From Felis catus (lineage: Eukaryota): 60,000 nucleotides of DNA. Position 1 is the stretch's first letter, and every line of letters begins with the position of its first letter. This document shows positions 52,801 through 60,000 of this stretch, in pieces. The translations under genes were made by a program, and so were the position numbers. The notes beneath the pieces are model-generated. The model was not told where the DNA came from, made no database searches, and saw only the letters and a program-made list of their open reading frames with translations. The stretch lies in assembly GCF_018350175.1 (NCBI RefSeq), contig NC_058369.1:20524001-20584000 (forward strand). Reading direction: 5' to 3'.

Positions 52801-55356
52801 AAGAAAAGTATGAAATAAAGAGCCTACACCTCAAGGAAGTAGAAAAAGAAGAGCAAAAGAAGCCCAAAGTTAATAGAAGGAAGGAAATAACAGATCAGAA
52901 CAGAAATAATGAAATAGAGACTAAAAAGACAATAGAAAGTATCAGTGAAACCAAATGCTGGTTCTTTGAAAAGATAAACAAAATTGATAAGCTTTACCTA
53001 GACTCACCAAGGAAAAAAGCAAAGAGTCAAATAAAATCAGGAATGAAAGAAATGTTACAACTGATGCCACAGAAATACAAAGAATCATAAGAAACCACTT
53101 TGAACAATTAAACACCAACAAATTGGACTACCTAGAAGAAATGGATAAATTCCTGGAAACATATAACCTACCAAGACTGAACTCTGATGAAATAGAAAAT
53201 CTGTACAGACTGATTATTAGCAGAGATTTAATTCATAATCAAAAACCTTCCAACAAACAGAAGTTCAGGACCAGACGGTTTCACTGGTGAATTCTACCGA
53301 ACATTCAAAAAAGGATTAATGTCAATCCTTCTTGGGGCACCTGGGTGGCTCAGTCGGTTAAGTGTCTGACTCTTGGTTTCAGCTCAGGTCATGATCTCAT
53401 GGTTTATGGATTTGAGCCCTGTATTGGGCTCTGCACTGACAGCACAAAGCCCGTTTGGGATTTCTCTCTCACTCTCTTTCTGCCCCTCCCTGGCTAGCTC
53501 TGTCTCTCAAAAAATAAATAAACATTTAAAAACTTTTTTAAAAATACCAATTCTTCTCAAATTATTCCAAAAAATAAAAGAGGAAGGAACTCTTCCAAAC
53601 TCATTTTACAAAGCCAGGATTACCCTGATACCAAAGCCAGACAAGGATACCATAAGAAAAGAAAATTACAGGCCAGGATCCCTGATAAACATAAATACAA
53701 AAGTCCTCAACAAAATATTAGCAAACTGAATTCAATAGTACATTGAAAGTATCATACACCATGATCAAGTAGTATTTATTCCAGGGATACGAGGATGGTT
53801 CAAAATCCACAAATCAGCCAATGTGATACACCACATTAACAAAAGGAAAAGTAAAAATCATATGATCATCTCAGCCGATGTTGAAAAAAATGTGACAAAA
53901 CTCAACATTCATTTATGTTAAAAACTCTCAACAGAGAAGGATATAGAGGAAATGTACCTCAACATAATAAAGGCCATATATGCCAAGCACACAGCTAACA
54001 TCATACTTAATAGTAAAAAGCTAAAAGCTTTTCCTCTAAGATCAGGAACAAGAGAAGGATGACCAATCTTGCCACTTTTATTCTACATAGTATTGGAAGT
54101 CCTAGCTAGAGCAATTAGGCAAGAAAAAGAAATAAAAGGCATCCAAACTGGAAATGAAGAAGTAAAAACTACCACTATTTGAAGATAGCATGATACCATA
54201 TTAGAAAACCCTAAAGACTCCATTAAAACACTGTTAGAACTAATAAACAAATATAGTAAAGTTGCAGAATACAAAATCAGTACACAAAAAGCTGTCACTT
54301 TTCTTTACACTTTTAGTGAACTGTCAGAGAAATTAAGAAAACAATTCAATTTATAATTGCATCAAAAAGAATAAAATACCTAGGAATACATTTAAACAAG
54401 GAGGCGAAAGACCTGTAAATTGAAAGCCACACAACATTAATGGAAGAAACTGAAGAAGACACAAATAAATGGAAATATATTTTATGCTCATGGATTGGAA
54501 GAATTAACATTGTTAAAATAGCCATACTACCCAAATCCATATACAAATTTCAATGCAATCCCTATCAAAAGTCCAGTGTTTTTTTCCCCACAGAAATAGA
54601 AAACAACTACCATAAAATTTGAGTAGAACCTGTACAAAAGACCCTGACAAGCCAAAGCAGCCATGAGAAAGAAGAACAAAGCTGGAGGCATCACACTCCC
54701 TGATTTCAAACTATATTACAAATCTATAGTAATTAAAACAGTATGGTATGGACATTAAAAAAAAGACACAAAGGTCAATGTACCATAATAGAGGTCTCAG
54801 AAATAAACTCATATACTAATGGTCAATTAATTTACAACAAAGGAGTCAAGCATAAACAATGTGGAAAGGACAGTCTCTTCAATAAATAATGTTGGGAAAA
54901 TTAGACAACCACATGCAAAAGAATGAAACTGGCCCATTATCTACATATTATGCACAAAAATTAACTCAAAGTGTATTAAAGACTTGAATGTAAAACCTGA
55001 AACTATAAAACTCCTAGAAGAAAACATTGGTGGTAATCTCCTTGACATTGGTCTTAGTGATGATTTTTAAAAATCTGACACCAAAAGCAAAAGCAAAATT
55101 GAAACAATCCAATTTAAAAATGGGCCAGTCTGGGTGCATGGATGACTCAGTCATTAAGCATCTGACTTTGGCTCAGGTCATGATCTCACGGTTCATGAGT
55201 TCGAATCCCACATCAGGTGAGCTTGCGCTCCACTTCAGATGAGCACAAGCCCTGCTTGGGGTGAGCTCAAACCTCAGTGGGTAAACACGAGCCCCACTTC
55301 GGGTGAGCCTGCTTCTCTTTCTCTCTCTCTCCCTCTCTCTCTTTGTCCCTTCTGGG

Positions 55357-55408
<52 letters not shown>

Positions 55409-57162
55409 CCCCTTGCTCACTTGCGCCCTCTCTCTCTCAAAAAAAATAATCAATTAATTAATTATAATAAAAATGGGTAGATCTAAGACATTTTTTCAAA
55501 GAAAACACACAGCCAACAGGTACGTGAAAATATGTTCAACATCACTAGTCATCAGGGAAATGCAAATCAAAACCACAATGAGATATAACCTCACACCTGT
55601 TAGAATGGCTATGATTTTTTTAAAAAAGATAAGAAATAACAAGTTGATGACAGCACACCTGAGTGACTCAGTCGCTTAAGTGGCCAACTTCTGCTCAGGT
55701 CCATGATCTTGCAGTTCGTGGGTTCCAGCCCCACGTTAAGCTCTGTGCTGACAGCTCAAAGTCTGGAGCCTGCTTCAGATTCTGTGTCTTCCTCTCACTC
55801 TCTGACCCTCCCTCGCTCATGCTCTGTCTCTGTCTCTCAAAAAAATGAATAAACATTAAAAAATTAAAAAAAAAACAAGTTGATCAGGATGTGGAGAAAA
55901 GGGAACCCTCGTGCACTGTTGTGACAGGTAAATTGGTGCTGAAACTATGGAAAACAGTAAAAATAGAACTACCATACGATCTAGCAATTCCACTTCTGGG
56001 TATTTATGTGAACAAAACAAAAAAACTAATTTGAAAAGATAACCTGCACCCCCATGTTCATTGCAGCAATAGTCAAGATATGGAAACAACCTAAGTGTCC
56101 ATCGATGGATGAATGGATAAAGAAATTGTGGTTTGTACATACACTGGAATGTTACCCATTTTATGGAATACCCATAAAAAATAATGAAATTTTGCTATTT
56201 ATGACACCATGGATGAAACTCAAGGGCATTTTACTAAGTGAAATAAGCCAGACAAAGACAAATACCATATGATTTCTCTTATATGAAATCTAAAAAAAAA
56301 CAAAAACTGGAAACAACAAAACAAACTCATAGATACAGAGAACAGATTGGTGGTTGTAAAAGGCAGTTTTGTTTTTGTTTTTTTTAAGTTTCTTTATTTT
56401 GAGAGAGAGAATGGGAGAGAGACAGAGAAAGAAGGAAAGAGAGAATCCCAAGCAGGCTCCACACTGTCAGAGCAGAGCCTGATGTGGGGCTTGATCCCAT
56501 GAACCAAGAGAACCTGAGCCAAAGTCAAGAGCCTAATGCTCAACTGACTAAGCTACCCAGGTGCATCTGTTTTGCTTTCAGGAAAAAAACAAAAAAACAA
56601 AAACCTTACCATATGACCTAGCAATTCCACTTCTAGGTATATATCCAAGAGAATTGAAAATGTATGAGCATTGTATATGCTCATACGAAAACTTGCACAT
56701 CAATACTTATAGGTATATTATTCATAATACTAAAAAAGTAGAAACAACTCAAATGCCAATTAACTGATGAGTGGATTAAAAATGTAGTATATACATGCAA
56801 TGGAATATTATTTAGCCATAGAAAATAAGGACATACTGACATGCTACAAACATGAGTGGACCCTGAAAACATTGTACTAAGCAAAAGAAGCCAGACACAA
56901 AAAGCCATTTATTGTGTGATTCAAATCATATGAAATATCCAGAATAGGCAAATCTATAAAGACATGAAGTTCAGTGGTTACCAGAGGTTGGGGTAGGGAA
57001 GAATGGAGATTAACTTCTAATGGGTATGGGGCTTATTTAGGGGCTTATGAAAATGTTCTAGAATTAGATAGTGGTGATAGTTGCACAACTTTGTGAATAT
57101 GCTTAAAAACTACTGGATTGTACAGTTTTAAATAGTGAGCTTTGTAGAATGTAAATTATATC

Positions 57163-57165
<3 letters not shown>
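49860..57165 (+). mobile_element. Large degraded L1 (ORF2 EN-RT-C-terminus and 3'UTR) with nested L1 3' pieces and several SINEs (50105, 50450, 53334, 55133, 55652, 56370)
   Basis: ORF2 peptides such as [35 protein letters not shown] and MFIAAIVKIWKQPKCPS; many stops and frameshifts. Confidence 0.9.
52163..52454 (+). mobile_element. 5'-truncated carnivore L1 3' end nested inside older L1 ORF2
   Basis: TSD aaaaagagtacatgtt / aaaaagaatgcatgtt; the host ORF2 resumes afterwards. Confidence 0.75.

Positions 57166-57166
<1 letters not shown>

Positions 57167-57208
<42 letters not shown>
57167..57208. repeat. (GA)n microsatellite
   Basis: Pure GA run. Confidence 0.95.
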
Positions 57209-57211
<3 letters not shown>

Positions 57212-58306
57212 TTACAGGAGCTCCTGGCCGGCTCAATTGGTGGAGCATGAGATTCTTGATCTCAGGGTTGTGAGTTCTCAAGTCCCACATTGAGTATAGA
57301 CATCACTTAAAATCTTAAAAAGACCTTTACAGAAAAATTTTTAAAAACTTTACAGAAATATATAGAAGAATTTTTTTTTGAAAGACGTAAAAGAATTCTT
57401 GTCAAAGGAAGGGATAGTCCATGGTCTTAGAAGGAGTATCAGAAGATAGCTTTTCTTCCCCTAAAAAAAAAATCCTAGCAGGATTTTTTTAGGGGATTGA
57501 CACTATGAAATGCTTGATGGAAACTTCTATCTTCTGTCTTCTGCCTTGAATAGTTTGTCACATTGGAAATATCTGAATTTGTAAGTTTTGTTTAAAGTTT
57601 GTGTATGAATCTACCTGGTCTTGATGCCTTATTTATGGTGGATCTTCAGTAATCTTCTCAATTTATCAAGTTTTACATATTTTCTCCAATTAATTTTCGT
57701 AATTTACATTTTGTTAGGAAAGCGTGTCCTCTTAGTTTCCAAATTTGTTACGATGACATTCTCTTACATTTATTTAATTCTCTTTGTGATTATTTTGCCT
57801 TTCTCATTCCATTTTTGTTCTCTTTCTCCCTCACTCAGGTTCATGGAGTGTTTATCTTTAATATTGGTCCTTTCAAAAATACCACATTTTCAATTTACTT
57901 TCCACCACCTATTTTTGTTTTCTATTTAATTTAAATTTTTACCCTTATTTTACTGCTTTTTAGATTCATCTATTCTTTCTCTTTCTGGTTTCCTATGGTG
58001 TATTGAGGTACTGAAACCTGAGTCAAGGGGAGACAGGAAATGCTAAGTCTCAGAAGACACTAGAGAGCTCCACAGAGATACACTGCCATGGTCCTTCCTG
58101 CTCCCCTGTGTGACTGAAAATGAGGAGGGATGTGGGCGGGCCTCACTGGAGGACCCCGGGTATCAAATGGCCCTCACGCACCCTATCTTTCCACTCTGAG
58201 CTCTGGTACATCTCTGACAGGAGGGAAGTAGACAGGTAAGGTAGTACAAGTTCCCATGGAGCTTGTTTCTGAGGAAGACTCAACTCTGTGGCAGATATCT
58301 TAATCC

Positions 58307-58314
58307 TGATGTCA
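58307..58314. promoter_or_regulatory. CRE-like TGATGTCA upstream of IQCF2
   Basis: Reverse complement of the TGACATCA found upstream of IQCF4 and IQCF3; starts 107 nt before the ATG. Confidence 0.45.
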
Positions 58315-58413
58315 TAATGCAGTTGGGAACTCATAACTGTCCCCCTCATTTTATTCATGCCAGACTTTGGGAAGTAGAGAAATCAAGGCTAATGAACCAT
58401 CTAGAGATAAGCC

Positions 58414-58431
58414 ATGGGGCTCAGATTTTGT
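58414..58431 (+). CDS. IQCF2: IQCF2 coding exon 1 (MGLRFC)
   Basis: gccATGG Kozak context and GTAAGA donor. Confidence 0.9.
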
Positions 58432-58607
58432 GTAAGAGACATGGCCAGATTTACTAGGCAAACTAGGAGTGGGTGGGAATCACCCAGGACTTCACAGGTC
58501 TTGGGAAAAGAAGGGATGCTGAAGCAGGGGGTATCTTTGTACAGAGCCATAGAGAGAAACAGCAGTCTTAACTCATCCATTCATTTCCGATTCAATTCTG
58601 ATGACAG

Positions 58608-58691
58608 ACTCACGGCAATTTAATTGTACTCGTAATTGAAGATGTTGAAGAAAGAACCGAATGGAAGAAGACGGAGAAGCAGAAACTCAAG
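58608..58691 (+). CDS. IQCF2: IQCF2 coding exon 2 (THGNLIVLVIEDVEERTEWKKTEKQKLK)
   Basis: Acceptor ttctgatgacAG, donor GTGAGT, 84 nt; matches recalled human TKGNLILVIIEDVEESIEWK. Confidence 0.9.
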
Positions 58692-59451
58692 GTGAGTAAA
58701 ATTTCCATGTAGTTAAGAGATATCCAGAACATTTATATTTGTGTCATAAGGGTGTGGAATTGTGCTCCTTATGGATCCTGAGTCTAAAATAATCAAGAGT
58801 CAGCTCAATATTGGCCCATTTTTCCTCCACTCCCTTCTCAGCATGGGCTCTCTGGGTATCAGTCTGACTGTGACATGAAGAGTGAATGGGGAGAATGAAA
58901 GCCATCAAGAAATGAATGGGGCTGGGAGGTGATAATGTGAGGACTCTGAATTAGAGAGTACAATGTTCAAAATATGGGAAGGCTGGAGTAGAAAGTGGGT
59001 TGAGGGTGCTGAAAACCAATCAGAGTACTGAAATACATTGTGGCAGAGGGAAATCAGCCAATGATGGTTTGGGACTAGAATTAGCAGAGAATACCAGACA
59101 AAGGCATTATGAGGCCAAACCTCCAAAACCCAATAAGCATTGAAGATGTGGACCATGACTAACAAAGTCCCTCACATCCCTAATGCACCCTTCTAGCTAC
59201 TAATGGTTTTCCCCTTGATCTATACACCTGTGAGATAGTAGGGTGCTGTGACTCTGAGGGCAGAGTGATGTGCCCACAGTGGCAAAGAAGGGCTCACTAT
59301 CCAGGTCTTCTGGCTCTTAGGCAGTGTCCTGCCAACTCCCCTTAACTCTCCAAAAAATGGTAACTGTTAAGAGAATCCAGGCCCCTTCCAGGAAGATCTT
59401 GGAAGTTGATGGCAGGAAGTTCCCTGAGTGGTCTCTCTTATCTCCACTTAG

Positions 59452-59835
59452 AAAACTTTTAAAAAACAAACAAAAGCAGCTACAGAGATCCAGGCCTGGT
59501 GGCGTGGCACCCTGGTACGCCGGACATTGCTGCACGCAGCCCTCAGGGCCTGTATCATTCAGCGCTGGTGGAGGCTGACCTTGGATAGCCTGCTGCAGAA
59601 GAAGCGAAGGCAAGCCCTGCTCACCTATGCAAATACAGTGAGGGCCGTGGTCAAGATCCAGTCCTTGGTCCGTATGTGGCGTATCCACTGGCGATACCGT
59701 CAGGTGCTCAATGCCATCTATGTCATTCAGTGCCACTGGCAATGCCACAACTGCCATACCTGTGCTCTCCTCCGGGGCCACTGTGTAGTCACAGCCACTC
59801 ACCTACAGTTCCACATTGAGATCATCAACCCCTAA
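59452..59835 (+). CDS. IQCF2: IQCF2 coding exon 3 ([24 protein letters not shown]...ATHLQFHIEIINP*)
   Basis: Acceptor tctccacttAG is in frame with ORF 59527..59835; C-terminus matches recalled IQCF2. Confidence 0.92.
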   Translation, partial: KTFKKQTKAATEIQAWWRGTLVRRTLLHAALRACIIQRWWRLTLDSLLQKKRRQALLTYANTVRAVVKIQSLVRMWRIHWRYRQVLNAIYVIQCHWQCHNCHTCALLRGHCVVTATHLQFHIEIINP

Positions 59836-59871
59836 AGGTTGCCAAGAAGGGGCACTGTGTCTCCTGTCCCC

Positions 59872-59877
59872 AGTAAA
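59872..59877 (+). terminator. Variant polyadenylation signal AGTAAA for IQCF2
   Basis: Same context (cccc-A[A/G]TAAA) and about the same distance from the stop as in IQCF3. Confidence 0.5.
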
Positions 59878-60000
59878 AGTTTAACCTGGTCTGGTATGTC
59901 TCATGTTCTCCTCCAGCTAATGGAAATGTTGGGTCTTAGGCCATGCTGCCTCCTTTTCTTCCTGGGAAAGAACTTCAGTAAGGTTTTCCCCTTGTGCCCA

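Noticed and set aside
51420..56300. Intact L1 ORF2
   Set aside because: Many stops, frameshifts and nested insertions show the element is dead.
59317..59802. Antisense and alternate-frame ORFs over the IQCF exons (also 4378..4644, 33433..33923, 45277..45593)
   Set aside because: Shadows of the IQCF coding exons; their mutual similarity just reflects paralogy.

Overview
Mammalian genomic DNA, almost certainly felid, judging by the many tRNA-derived Can-SINEs of the SINEC_Fc type. The window covers part of the testis IQ-motif (IQCF) gene cluster. Four spliced genes can be rebuilt with GT-AG introns in phase 0: IQCF6 (- strand, 2 coding exons, 127 aa), an apparently intact IQCF4-like gene (+, 3 exons, 191 aa; the human positional counterpart is, from recall, the pseudogene IQCF4P), IQCF3 (+, 3 exons, 152 aa) and IQCF2 (+, 3 exons, 161 aa). 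Between IQCF6 and IQCF4 lies a processed pseudogene of aminopeptidase O (AOPEP/C9orf3) bounded by target-site duplications (TSDs). It holds only the C-terminal exons and 3'UTR behind a GC-rich leader, so it is probably a copy of a short internal-promoter isoform. Next to it is an inverted, diverged copy of the IQCF6 3' flank. The rest is mostly L1, Can-SINE, L2/MIR, MER and LTR repeats. Gene and repeat names come from recalled sequences, not database searches, and repeat boundaries are approximate.
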